Of a DNA stretch of 64,000 nucleotides, positions 1 through 7,361 are shown in pieces. Position 1 is the first letter of the stretch, and every line of letters starts with the position of its first letter. Position numbers and translations under genes: made by a program. The notes below the pieces were generated by a model. It had not been told where the DNA came from and did not search any database. It saw only the letters and a program-made list of their open reading frames with translations. Origin of the DNA: Escherichia phage vB_EcoP-ZQ2; the sequence record NC_070874.1. One strand, given 5' to 3'.

Positions 1-561
1 ACCACATTGCAGTAAGAACTTGTTAAGTGCCCAAGGACCACTAGCAACAGTTTCCATTACATTCTCAAAAGTCTTGAGACGAATACCTTCGCCGAATACT
101 TCTTTAGGCTTGGCTTCTGAACCATAGAACGCAGTCATAACTGCCTGCTTAGTGTCACTACGTTTAATACGTGATGCTTCACCAAGGATATCCAGCATCT
201 TGTGATAGATGACTGTATAAGCATCACGGCGTAATGGCTTACCATTCTCTCCCATGTAGTTAACTACGTTACATAGTTCAGCAGCAGAACGGTCACCAGT
301 CAGACAAGCCAGTAACTGTAAGCCAGATGATGTAGCATCTAGAGCTACGGCATAACCAATAGGCTTACCTGCTTTCATATCTTTCCATGCGTTTACACCT
401 GCAAAGAACAGAGCAGAATCTTCAGCTTCATCTACCAGATTAAGCAGGTTAGCTTCGTTCTCATCGAACCAGGCAATACGTTCATCCCATGTCTTTTTAT
501 CTAAGCCATAGTTATTGGCGATATCTACTTTCAGGTATTCACGAGCGGTTAACAGTTGCAT
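1..561 (-). CDS. T7-like RNA polymerase catalytic subunit of a split heterodimeric RNAP (N4 RNAP II gp16-like); C-terminal part lies beyond the window start
   Basis: Minus-strand ATG at 561..559 with AAGGAA RBS 6 nt upstream; frame stays open to position 1 (absent from ORF track because no stop in window). Translation MQLLTAREYLKVDIANNYGL...KPIGYAVALDATSSGLQLLACLTGD aligns with the T7 RNAP segment around KPIG...AFDGSCSGIQHFSAMLRD (motif A Asp). Confidence 0.8.
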   Translation of the reverse strand, partial: MQLLTAREYLKVDIANNYGLDKKTWDERIAWFDENEANLLNLVDEAEDSALFFAGVNAWKDMKAGKPIGYAVALDATSSGLQLLACLTGDRSAAELCNVVNYMGENGKPLRRDAYTVIYHKMLDILGEASRIKRSDTKQAVMTAFYGSEAKPKEVFGEGIRLKTFENVMETVASGPWALNKFLLQCG

Positions 562-618
562 TTTATGTTCCTTTTGCTTCTTGGCTCCCCACTATGGAGA
601 GCCTGCTTATTGGATGGA

Positions 619-858
619 TTAGCCAGCATTAAATGATGACAATACTATTCCTGGTTCCACACCTTCGGTGGCAATACCCAGATACTCAACGTGCACTTTA
701 TCAGGAGAAGAACACCAAGAGGAGTATGCACTCCATTCTCCATCTGGGTTAATAAGACGAGCCTCTTCTACGGTTTTAGCAGCTACCACAGCAGAATCGA
801 ATGTATCCCAATCTGTATTCTCTTCCTGGCTAATAAGCCATAGTTTTAATCTACTCAT
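619..858 (-). CDS. hypothetical small protein (79 aa) inserted between the two RNAP II subunit genes
   Basis: ORF track; start overlaps the stop of the upstream subunit gene by 8 nt (translational coupling); no recognisable motif. Confidence 0.4.
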   Translation of the reverse strand: MSRLKLWLISQEENTDWDTFDSAVVAAKTVEEARLINPDGEWSAYSSWCSSPDKVHVEYLGIATEGVEPGIVLSSFNAG

Positions 859-1669
859 CGTTTACTAGCTCCTTATCAGCGAACTCCAGTACAGCTTTGT
901 TGTAACTGGTTCCCTGATAGTTGATGTGGTAACCACAGGCATAGGTACGCCCACGTTTGTCGTATTTGTGGGCCAGTGAGAAGTTATTACCTTCTTTGGT
1001 CACTAACTCCATTACTTCCTTGGCTGTACGGCTGTACTTCTCAAAGGCTTTAACACGTTTCTCATAGTCCTGACGGGTTTCACCTTCTTTGGGTTTATCC
1101 ATGTTAGGACGGGAGTCTTTTACATAGTTAGCAACGTCCCAGTTAATACAGAGACGTTGATTGTTCATACGGTTGATGTGGTCAAGACAGACATCCATCT
1201 CATGATGGTTCTTCTTGAGGATGATGCTACCTCTGCTTTCATAGTAACCAGTATCACGGTTACACTTAACAGGCTTAGGAGCACTTACGATAGGCAATGG
1301 ATACTGGAATGCTTCCAGTTCCATCTGTACATCTTCACTAATCTCATAGATAACACCGAACTTGTCGATGGTAGGGTCATAGTTGAAGCAATCATTCTCT
1401 GCCATCTTATACAGACAGTCAGCGATGTACTGAGCATCATCTGAGTGACTCATGAGAGAGCCAATCATAGTCTGGATGTCAGCACGTTTATGTAGGGCAA
1501 TCTGCACCATTGCATCAATGAGCAACTTATAATCAATTTCCAAATAGGCAGCGAATGCCTTAAAGTCAATTTCTTCGGAGTCCTCGAATTCCTTCCTCAT
1601 GCGAGGCAAGAGCTGATTTTTATTGAATAGTTTTTCGAGTTGCTTCTGATGTTCAATAGATGAGTACAT
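851..1669 (-). CDS. T7-like RNA polymerase N-terminal-homolog subunit of the split RNAP (N4 RNAP II gp15-like), 272 aa
   Basis: C-terminal KYDKRGRTYACGYHINYQGTSYNKAVLEF matches T7 RNAP DWRGRVYAVSMFNPQGNDMTKGLLTLA; the homology continues in the downstream partial ORF (1..561), so the polymerase is split into two genes. Confidence 0.8.
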   Translation of the reverse strand: MYSSIEHQKQLEKLFNKNQLLPRMRKEFEDSEEIDFKAFAAYLEIDYKLLIDAMVQIALHKRADIQTMIGSLMSHSDDAQYIADCLYKMAENDCFNYDPTIDKFGVIYEISEDVQMELEAFQYPLPIVSAPKPVKCNRDTGYYESRGSIILKKNHHEMDVCLDHINRMNNQRLCINWDVANYVKDSRPNMDKPKEGETRQDYEKRVKAFEKYSRTAKEVMELVTKEGNNFSLAHKYDKRGRTYACGYHINYQGTSYNKAVLEFADKELVNDE

Positions 1670-1692
1670 CGCTTATTCTCCTAAATGTGATT

Positions 1693-1720
1693 AATAACCA
1701 AAAGCTGCGGAGCAGCTATT
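1693..1720 (-). promoter_or_regulatory. N4-type virion-RNAP hairpin promoter (leftward transcription), upstream of the RNAP II subunit gene
   Basis: CCAAA-AGCTGC(1703-1708)-GGA(1709-1711)-GCAGCT(1712-1717): 6-bp stem, 3-nt GGA loop, CC 11-12 nt from loop centre; same architecture as the copies at 5068-5084 and 5960-5974 and as the N4 P2 hairpin as I recall it (GAAGC-GGA-GCTTC after CCAAAA). Confidence 0.6.
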
Positions 1721-1722
1721 AC

Positions 1723-1995
1723 CTATCGTTTAGTCCAAAAGGCAATACGAATACTGTTCTCGTGGTCAAGGTAGTCGATGCGTACATATAAGCCATTGCC
1801 TTTAAATTCATTACCTTTCCTTTGAAAAGGCCATACTTGACTACGCATGGGAATCTTAACTAAACCAGATATGTGACCCAGCTTAGTACGGATCTTTAAC
1901 TCGTTCTGTAATGCACAATAGATGTCATGTCGTGTAAGTGCTCTGGCTCTGACTTGAGCAGACCACAGTTCTTCATATGTCATTATTAACTCCAA
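1723..1995 (-). CDS. hypothetical early protein (90 aa)
   Basis: ORF track; lies directly upstream of the hairpin promoter at 1703-1717. Confidence 0.5.
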   Translation of the reverse strand: MELIMTYEELWSAQVRARALTRHDIYCALQNELKIRTKLGHISGLVKIPMRSQVWPFQRKGNEFKGNGLYVRIDYLDHENSIRIAFWTKR

Positions 1996-2336
1996 TAGTT
2001 GTAAGCATTACCTAAGTATTTACGCCATGCTTCTGGTAATAACACGTTGCCAGTAACATTGATGAACAGGTATGGGTCCAGAAAGTCATTACTCATGACT
2101 TTGAAATCCCACTGTGGATTAGAAGATGCATAGGCAATGAAGCCTTCAATAAAGCCATAGATAGCGCCCTCTTTGATACGGTTACCATTGCCATCCTTTA
2201 CTGGAATGGCAAAGCTATTACCACAATGACCATAGGCCATACCCCAACGAGCACCATGTTTCTTATAAGCTAACTTGGCAGCAGCATTGGTATGCTGCCC
2301 TAGTGTATTGGTAGTAAATACTAAGATTTCTTTCAT
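1986..2336 (-). CDS. hypothetical early protein (116 aa), Gly-rich N-terminal segment (possible nucleotide-binding fold, unassigned)
   Basis: ORF track; N-terminus ILVFTTNTLGQHTNAAAKLAYKKHGARWGMAYGHCGNSFAIPV; compact spacing to neighbours. Confidence 0.55.
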   Translation of the reverse strand: MKEILVFTTNTLGQHTNAAAKLAYKKHGARWGMAYGHCGNSFAIPVKDGNGNRIKEGAIYGFIEGFIAYASSNPQWDFKVMSNDFLDPYLFINVTGNVLLPEAWRKYLGNAYNYWS

Positions 2337-2338
2337 GA

Positions 2339-2659
2339 TTAATCCTTTGGTTTAAGTACCTGAAATGGGAACACAGGACGTTTACTACGCCACTGGTTCA
2401 TAGCCAATTCACTAGTTTCAGAACCATCATGTAAATCATAGATGAATGAGATTACATAGTCTGGTTCTTCCGGGAAGTTCTCTGTAGAGAAAGGTAGACC
2501 TGACTCCTTAAGAATAGGAACCAGTGGAGATTCAGCATTGCAGTACAGAGTAAACTCTTCATTGAATGCTTGGCTTGTTTGAGATACATAATCAATATTA
2601 CGCATCATCTTATCTACATCAGTAAATGTAGAATCATGAACTACTAAAATAGTTTTCAT
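2339..2659 (-). CDS. hypothetical early protein (106 aa)
   Basis: ORF track; 2-nt gap to the downstream gene and 4-nt overlap with the upstream gene, same strand. Confidence 0.55.
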   Translation of the reverse strand: MKTILVVHDSTFTDVDKMMRNIDYVSQTSQAFNEEFTLYCNAESPLVPILKESGLPFSTENFPEEPDYVISFIYDLHDGSETSELAMNQWRSKRPVFPFQVLKPKD

Positions 2660-2910
2660 ACCTTTCTCAATGTCCCATAGATGTTATTATCGACAATACT
2701 CAAATCACAAAAACCAATCTCTTCTTGTCTCCCAGAGGATACCCAGATATTGTTTTCTGTTAGCTTGGGCTTCTTAGAGAATCCTATCAGTGAGGTATTA
2801 GCACTCTTATACTGCCGAGTATATAGAGCTATATACTTAACCCAATGAGGCACTTGGATAGTATGTCCCATATATTCCACGTTCTTGCCTGTAGGATATG
2901 TAATAATCAT
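2656..2910 (-). CDS. hypothetical early protein (84 aa)
   Basis: ORF track; 4-nt overlaps with both neighbours. Confidence 0.5.
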   Translation of the reverse strand: MIITYPTGKNVEYMGHTIQVPHWVKYIALYTRQYKSANTSLIGFSKKPKLTENNIWVSSGRQEEIGFCDLSIVDNNIYGTLRKV

Positions 2911-3128
2911 TTCTGGTAACCTTCTATGAAGTTAGTACGACGAATGAGCTGAGTAGATGCTTTAACAGCTGTCTTCTTGAACTCATCTTTGTGTTGGTTT
3001 TCCAATATCCTATCCCATTCTTCCTGGTTCCGTCGTTTCTGTAGAATACGACTACACTTCTTATGATTAGCAACTCCTTTACGTTTGTTACATACAGGGC
3101 AAACACCATAATCAGTTGAGTACATCAT
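2907..3128 (-). CDS. hypothetical small protein with CxxC zinc-ribbon-like motif (73 aa)
   Basis: ORF track; CPVC...HKKC near the N-terminus, basic C-terminus. Confidence 0.5.
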   Translation of the reverse strand: MMYSTDYGVCPVCNKRKGVANHKKCSRILQKRRNQEEWDRILENQHKDEFKKTAVKASTQLIRRTNFIEGYQK

Positions 3129-3129
3129 T

Positions 3130-3375
3130 TTAGTTAAATCCGTAATAGTTAAAGTAAGGAGCCTTTCTGTCTTCGGTTGATTTGATAATCACTGACTCAT
3201 CCAGAAAGTACATCTTATTATTAATACGTACTTCTCTGTAAGATAGCTTACCAAAGTTACGTATATATACCTTTCTAACATATACCTTACGGGTATGCTT
3301 TAGCATGAACCAGGCATACCCTTTGGGATTCGCTAATATTGTTTTATCTACGATGACATCACTAAGATTGTTCAC
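3130..3375 (-). CDS. hypothetical early protein (81 aa)
   Basis: ORF track; operon-like spacing. Confidence 0.5.
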   Translation of the reverse strand: MNNLSDVIVDKTILANPKGYAWFMLKHTRKVYVRKVYIRNFGKLSYREVRINNKMYFLDESVIIKSTEDRKAPYFNYYGFN

Positions 3376-3676
3376 CGAGTGCCTCCATCAGTATCTTACG
3401 AATAACATTAACATCAGATTCAGTACCAATTAAGCCAACAGGCTTACCTGTACTATCTGTTACAAAGGATGCAATCCTTTCCATCTCTGCTGTAATTAAT
3501 TTATCACCACTAATAAGACGATTACGAAGGTAAGCCTCATAAGCTACCTCTACATCTTCTACTGTGGTTCTTTCATTACGAGTGAATGGATTGCTTAACG
3601 GGAATGGTAAGTGGATACGTATATTCCGGTCAGCTATCTTAGCTGAATGAGGGAGTATACAAACAATTTCATTCAA
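3362..3676 (-). CDS. hypothetical early protein (104 aa)
   Basis: ORF track; preceded upstream (minus sense) by a terminator hairpin. Confidence 0.55.
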   Translation of the reverse strand: MNEIVCILPHSAKIADRNIRIHLPFPLSNPFTRNERTTVEDVEVAYEAYLRNRLISGDKLITAEMERIASFVTDSTGKPVGLIGTESDVNVIRKILMEALGEQS

Positions 3677-3714
3677 GGTTATTTCTCCTATTTAAATACA
3701 TATCTAACTATTCA

Positions 3715-3747
3715 AGAATAAAAAATAGAAGCCCTCCTAATGGAGGA
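3715..3747 (-). terminator. rho-independent terminator (minus strand)
   Basis: Stem CCTCC(3733-3737)/GGAGG(3742-3746) with TAAT loop; in minus sense followed by CTTCTATTTTTTATTC. Confidence 0.5.
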
Positions 3748-3867
3748 CTCCTTGTTATTTGATACACGGATGATTGAAGGTAACAATCTTACGTACTGGT
3801 TCAGACGTCTGTTTCTTAACAGCCAGACGCTCTTTCATCTTCTGTACGTCTTCTTTGGTTCCCATGA

Positions 3868-4050
3868 TTAATGATTTACGCATGATTTAGTTGTCCACAT
3901 AAAGTTAAAAGGTTTATTGTTACGTACAATTCTTACAACCATTTGATAGCCATTGAGTTGCACAACACCATAGTGTCGTTTCTGTACACCAGTGTGATAC
4001 CTACGAAAGATACATTCTTCAATGGCATCTTCTATGTTAGTGAATATCAC
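3868..4050 (-). CDS. hypothetical small protein (60 aa)
   Basis: ORF track only. Confidence 0.35.
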   Translation of the reverse strand: MIFTNIEDAIEECIFRRYHTGVQKRHYGVVQLNGYQMVVRIVRNNKPFNFMWTTKSCVNH

Positions 4051-4094
4051 TGGTTCTCCCGTAATACTGACAATTGAGCACAGGTGAATAACGT

Positions 4095-4247
4095 TTACAC
4101 ATCTCCACCTGGTTCATCTCTACCACGAGCATCACTCCCTATGACTGCAAACATACCAATAATTACACCTACAGCTAATAACCATGGAAATGCAGCTACC
4201 AGCAGTATCATTAATAAAATGCACAGAATCTCTACCAGTAGCTTCAT
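4095..4247 (-). CDS. small hydrophobic membrane protein (50 aa), not in ORF track (below its length cut-off)
   Basis: Minus-strand ATG at 4247..4245 with AAGGA RBS about 7 nt upstream; translation MKLLVEILCILLMILLVAAFPWLLAVGVIIGMFAVIGSDARGRDEPGGDV; fits tightly after the 4252..4437 gene. Confidence 0.4.
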   Translation of the reverse strand: MKLLVEILCILLMILLVAAFPWLLAVGVIIGMFAVIGSDARGRDEPGGDV

Positions 4248-4251
4248 AGCA

Positions 4252-4437
4252 TTATCCTTTGTGAAGTTTACGGATTTGTTTACGAGTAGGTTTAGCTACA
4301 AAGAAGTGGTCATAACATTGACCATTTTCATCTTTTACGGATACCTGCCAACGTGCATTCAGTGACATCTTACTGCCCCATGGTTGCAACATAACAATCA
4401 TCTTCTGTGAGTTATAACGGTTACATAATGTACGCAT
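4252..4437 (-). CDS. hypothetical small protein (61 aa)
   Basis: ORF track; the overlapping plus-strand ORF 4084..4365 is judged spurious. Confidence 0.4.
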   Translation of the reverse strand: MRTLCNRYNSQKMIVMLQPWGSKMSLNARWQVSVKDENGQCYDHFFVAKPTRKQIRKLHKG

Positions 4438-4540
4438 AATGGTTACTCCTTCATCTAATATAAATCTATATCTATCTGGTTACTGTTTCAGTACCCTTCG
4501 TCTAAAGATACTCAAAAAGTAGAAATAGCTTATCGTCTAG

Positions 4541-4572
4541 TTAAAAATAAAAGACTCCCCGAAGGGAGTCTT
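4541..4572 (-). terminator. rho-independent terminator (minus strand)
   Basis: 9-bp stem AAGACTCCC(4551-4559)/GGGAGTCTT(4564-4572), CGAA loop, followed in minus sense by TTATTTTTAA; sits just after the stop of the gene ending at 4581. Confidence 0.55.
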
Positions 4573-4580
4573 GTAGTTGA

Positions 4581-4961
4581 TTAGAAAGTCAGTTTACGAG
4601 CATATTTATTCTCGTCTGCTGGGATGTCAGCAGCCTCTGCTTTCACGCGTCTTAGCTGAACTTGCAGGTTAATGATACCCTCTTCACCTGGTTCCAGGTT
4701 CTGAGCATATGCGATTAACTGTTCCAGCAAGTCGTTCTGTGCACAACGCATAGCACGGAAGTCAGCGTTGCTGCTATTAGTAGGCAGCGGTTCCTGAGTA
4801 TCCAGTGGAATACCAGTAGGCAGTGAGATGAATTTCTCATCATCAGAGCCTTCATTAGCTACATAACCAATGTTCAGCCAGAACTGAGCTTTTGGTTTGT
4901 CAGTTTTAGCAGTGGTAGCAGCAGCGTTAGATTGACCGAAAGTGAATTTTTGAATAGCCAT
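4581..4961 (-). CDS. hypothetical early protein (about 126 aa from the internal start MAIQKF)
   Basis: ORF track gives 4581..5054, but that N-terminal extension runs into the promoter hairpin at 5068-5084 and lacks an RBS; the ATG at 4961..4959 has a GGAGAG RBS 7 nt upstream. Confidence 0.5.
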   Translation of the reverse strand: MAIQKFTFGQSNAAATTAKTDKPKAQFWLNIGYVANEGSDDEKFISLPTGIPLDTQEPLPTNSSNADFRAMRCAQNDLLEQLIAYAQNLEPGEEGIINLQVQLRRVKAEAADIPADENKYARKLTF

Positions 4962-5058
4962 TTTGTACTCTCCAGATTTATGTGATTTACGGGTGAACTC
5001 GTCGGTGAGAACACCCAAACAAAGGGATAAAAGTTCAATGATTAGTGGATGCATTTAC

Positions 5059-5084
5059 ATCATCCATAAGACGCGGAGCGTCTT
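5059..5084 (-). promoter_or_regulatory. N4-type virion-RNAP hairpin promoter (leftward)
   Basis: CATCCATAA-AGACGC-GGA(5075-5077)-GCGTCTT: 7-bp stem (5068-5074/5078-5084), GGA loop, CC 11-12 nt from loop centre; intergenic between the genes ending at 5090 and starting at 4961. Confidence 0.6.
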
Positions 5085-5089
5085 TATTT

Positions 5090-5305
5090 TCAGAATGGAC
5101 AGCTTGTTTCAGCTTCAAGTTTGTCCATGAAGTAGCCTGAGTTATGCAGATAAGCATGTAATTCAACATGCCCTTGCATACGGTATTCATCGAGTAAGGA
5201 GAGAAACTCTCCATACTCTTTATCTGTAGACCTTCTTGCGTTACTGAGGTCTACGGGTTTATTACTAAAGCAACTCTCAATCATACGGATATTTTCTACA
5301 TTCAT
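5090..5305 (-). CDS. hypothetical early protein (71 aa)
   Basis: ORF track. Confidence 0.45.
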   Translation of the reverse strand: MNVENIRMIESCFSNKPVDLSNARRSTDKEYGEFLSLLDEYRMQGHVELHAYLHNSGYFMDKLEAETSCPF

Positions 5306-5359
5306 GGATGACTCCTAATTGGTTGAAATGTATCCGTAAGCTGTGGAACAGCTTAGTTT

Positions 5360-5506
5360 TTACTTATCTGATAGCAGGATGGATTTTACTTTGTGACCAT
5401 TACCATAGTCAGTGTTTACCAGAGGTTTTACAATGTGAACGGAAACCATCACAACAATTGCAAGGACACAAACAGTTAAGATAAATGCGTTTTCTAGTTT
5501 GCTCAT
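5360..5506 (-). CDS. small hydrophobic membrane protein (48 aa), not in ORF track
   Basis: Minus-strand ATG at 5506..5504; translation MSKLENAFILTVCVLAIVVMVSVHIVKPLVNTDYGNGHKVKSILLSDK with one predicted transmembrane helix; fills an otherwise empty 290-bp gap. Confidence 0.35.
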   Translation of the reverse strand: MSKLENAFILTVCVLAIVVMVSVHIVKPLVNTDYGNGHKVKSILLSDK

Positions 5507-5564
5507 AGTAGGAATCTCTTTTAACTTTTTATGCAGAATAGTTGAACTATCTAATGCCCTTAAC

Positions 5565-5586
5565 AGGAGGCTCCTAAGAGCCTCCT
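5565..5586 (-). terminator. stem-loop after the gene ending at 5594 (terminator or RNA-stability hairpin; weak U tract)
   Basis: 9-bp stem AGGAGGCTC(5565-5573)/GAGCCTCCT(5578-5586) with CTAA loop. Confidence 0.35.
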
Positions 5587-5593
5587 AATTGAG

Positions 5594-5917
5594 TTATTCT
5601 TTAGTCAGGATGTCGATGACTTTGGAATATTCTGCGTTATAGATACGAGCGTTCTCAGAATCCTTGCAGAATTCCTCGATACTTTTCTTACGCAGAGTCT
5701 CAGTCATAGCTGTTTCCTCTGCCAGTTTATTAACGAATGTATGCATTTCTAATTTAGTACGAATGGCTTGTTTCTCTGCCATAGTACTTACATATGAATT
5801 AAGCATACCTACTGCTTTAGTTGCAGTACCAAAGGTATCTGCAACAGTAGTAGCAGCTGAGTTAACAGTACCAAGCAGAGTTCCTGCGGTCATACGTACA
5901 GTAGCTTGAGTAGTCAT
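5594..5917 (-). CDS. hypothetical early protein (107 aa)
   Basis: ORF track; first gene downstream of the hairpin promoter at 5960-5974. Confidence 0.55.
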   Translation of the reverse strand: MTTQATVRMTAGTLLGTVNSAATTVADTFGTATKAVGMLNSYVSTMAEKQAIRTKLEMHTFVNKLAEETAMTETLRKKSIEEFCKDSENARIYNAEYSKVIDILTKE

Positions 5918-5949
5918 GATGATAGCTCCAATAGTTGATGATAGGACGA

Positions 5950-5975
5950 CATGTCCATAACATGCGGAGCATGTG
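5950..5975 (-). promoter_or_regulatory. N4-type virion-RNAP hairpin promoter (leftward)
   Basis: GTCCATAA-CATGC-GGA(5966-5968)-GCATG: stem 5960-5965/5969-5974, GGA loop, CC 11-12 nt from loop centre. Confidence 0.6.
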
Positions 5976-6118
5976 TAACGTGTAAGGTGGGGTAGGGTAG
6001 TGGCTACACCGTCAACATACCGGGGGGGATGGTTGAGTGTAAGGGTGTAGCCCTAGGTGTACCACTGCAGCTGTACATAGCTATGACCAAAATGGTATGC
6101 AAAAATATGATAGCTATC

Positions 6119-6445
6119 CTACTTATAAGCAGTTAAATAGGAGGAAGGAATCTGGGAGAGGATGTGGTCATAGTAATAGCAGTATGCTTCACTATTGGTA
6201 GAGTTTACAGGCATACCTATGTAGTCAAACACCCACAAACAGAAGTGGTTGAGTTCGTGGATGAGTGTATGTAAGGGTTCCATAAAGATACCGATCAATA
6301 CTCGATTACCAGAGTAAGAAGTATATCCCTTACAACCATCCAAGTCTGGCTCATACCCTTTAAGTTTCTTGTACTTTTTAATGAAGGTATCCCGGTCGAA
6401 TACTACTTCTAACTGTACCGGGTAGGGGGATGTGTTTAGTTTCAT
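6119..6445 (-). CDS. small HExxH (zincin-like) putative metallopeptidase (108 aa)
   Basis: ORF track; HTLIHELNHF contains HExxH; start overlaps the stop of upstream paralog E by 4 nt (co-transcribed). Confidence 0.5.
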   Translation of the reverse strand: MKLNTSPYPVQLEVVFDRDTFIKKYKKLKGYEPDLDGCKGYTSYSGNRVLIGIFMEPLHTLIHELNHFCLWVFDYIGMPVNSTNSEAYCYYYDHILSQIPSSYLTAYK

Positions 6446-6726
6446 TGCCTTTCCTTGTAGATTGGGGTGTTACCCTCGAAGGATAGGATGTACTTGTCTG
6501 TATTGAGATGCCAAGGACTAAAGCTACCTTGCCAGGACATAGGTGTTCCTGGTTCAAGTAAATATACTTCTGCCTTCTTATTGTATAAGAAAAGTAATCC
6601 TTGTAATTCATGCAGAGACTGCTCATCTGGAACCAAGATAAGTACATCTGCGTCTAGATTAGTTATATCTTTATGACGGTAGTAGTCATCCTCAAGTACT
6701 GCTGAATAAATTTTACTGATAACCAT
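6442..6726 (-). CDS. member E of a tandem paralogous small-protein family (94 aa)
   Basis: Shares core LILVPDEQSLHELQGLLFLYN with the four upstream ORFs; TAATG stop/start overlap with member D. Confidence 0.6.
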   Translation of the reverse strand: MVISKIYSAVLEDDYYRHKDITNLDADVLILVPDEQSLHELQGLLFLYNKKAEVYLLEPGTPMSWQGSFSPWHLNTDKYILSFEGNTPIYKERQ

Positions 6727-7046
6727 TAGAGGCTCTCGTCGCTAGATAAATATGAGGTAGATGGGTAGAGGGTAATAAGTCTCCCTGTTAGGGTAGTTAC
6801 TACCATAGGTTCATTCTCAGACAGTACGTATACACTGGTGTGTTCTGGTATTTCCATAGAATCTACTATCTTAATGAACTGGATAGGTTGCCCCAACAGC
6901 AGGCAAGTACCAATGAACACATCTGCTTCTTCACTTGGCTCATACAGGATGGTGGTAACCCTCCCTTTACCTGCCAGAATATTATCCAGTGTGTATGGGG
7001 ATAAATAACAAGTAGTGGCAAAGCTAATAAGACAATACAGATGCAT
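6726..7046 (-). CDS. member D of the tandem paralogous family (106 aa)
   Basis: Core TTILYEPSEEADVFIGTCLLLGQ, a more divergent copy of the family motif. Confidence 0.55.
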   Translation of the reverse strand: MHLYCLISFATTCYLSPYTLDNILAGKGRVTTILYEPSEEADVFIGTCLLLGQPIQFIKIVDSMEIPEHTSVYVLSENEPMVVTTLTGRLITLYPSTSYLSSDESL

Positions 7047-7049
7047 ACC

Positions 7050-7361
7050 TTACTTCCTTACGTAGTAGTAACGATACTCACCCTTCTCATAACGACTCTC
7101 CCATTGATAGCTATCAGATACCATCATGTATGGAATAGGGTCATTAGCGTTATAGTTGGTATAGACAGAAGGGGGAATAATACATACAACCTTACGGTCA
7201 TTACCTGCTAGGAAGAGTTGACCCCTTACTTCATGGTAGTCCTCTAGGGTAGGAACCAGGATTACTTGCTGAGGATTGCTGTTCATGACTTCTTCTAAAG
7301 TGAAGTCAGTTGTATACATAGGCTCTTTAGCAAAACTGGGGATAGTCATTATGAATTTCAT
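7050..7361 (-). CDS. member C of the tandem paralogous family (about 103 aa; start uncertain, 7361 or 7319)
   Basis: Core VILVPTLEDYHEVRGQLFLAGN; the track ORF 7050..7436 overlaps member B in another frame, so an internal start is preferred. Confidence 0.55.
   Translation of the reverse strand: MKFIMTIPSFAKEPMYTTDFTLEEVMNSNPQQVILVPTLEDYHEVRGQLFLAGNDRKVVCIIPPSVYTNYNANDPIPYMMVSDSYQWESRYEKGEYRYYYVRK

Noticed and set aside
4084-4365. Plus-strand ORF of 93 aa in the early region
   Set aside because: Overlaps two minus-strand ORFs in a strictly minus-strand operon; no RBS.
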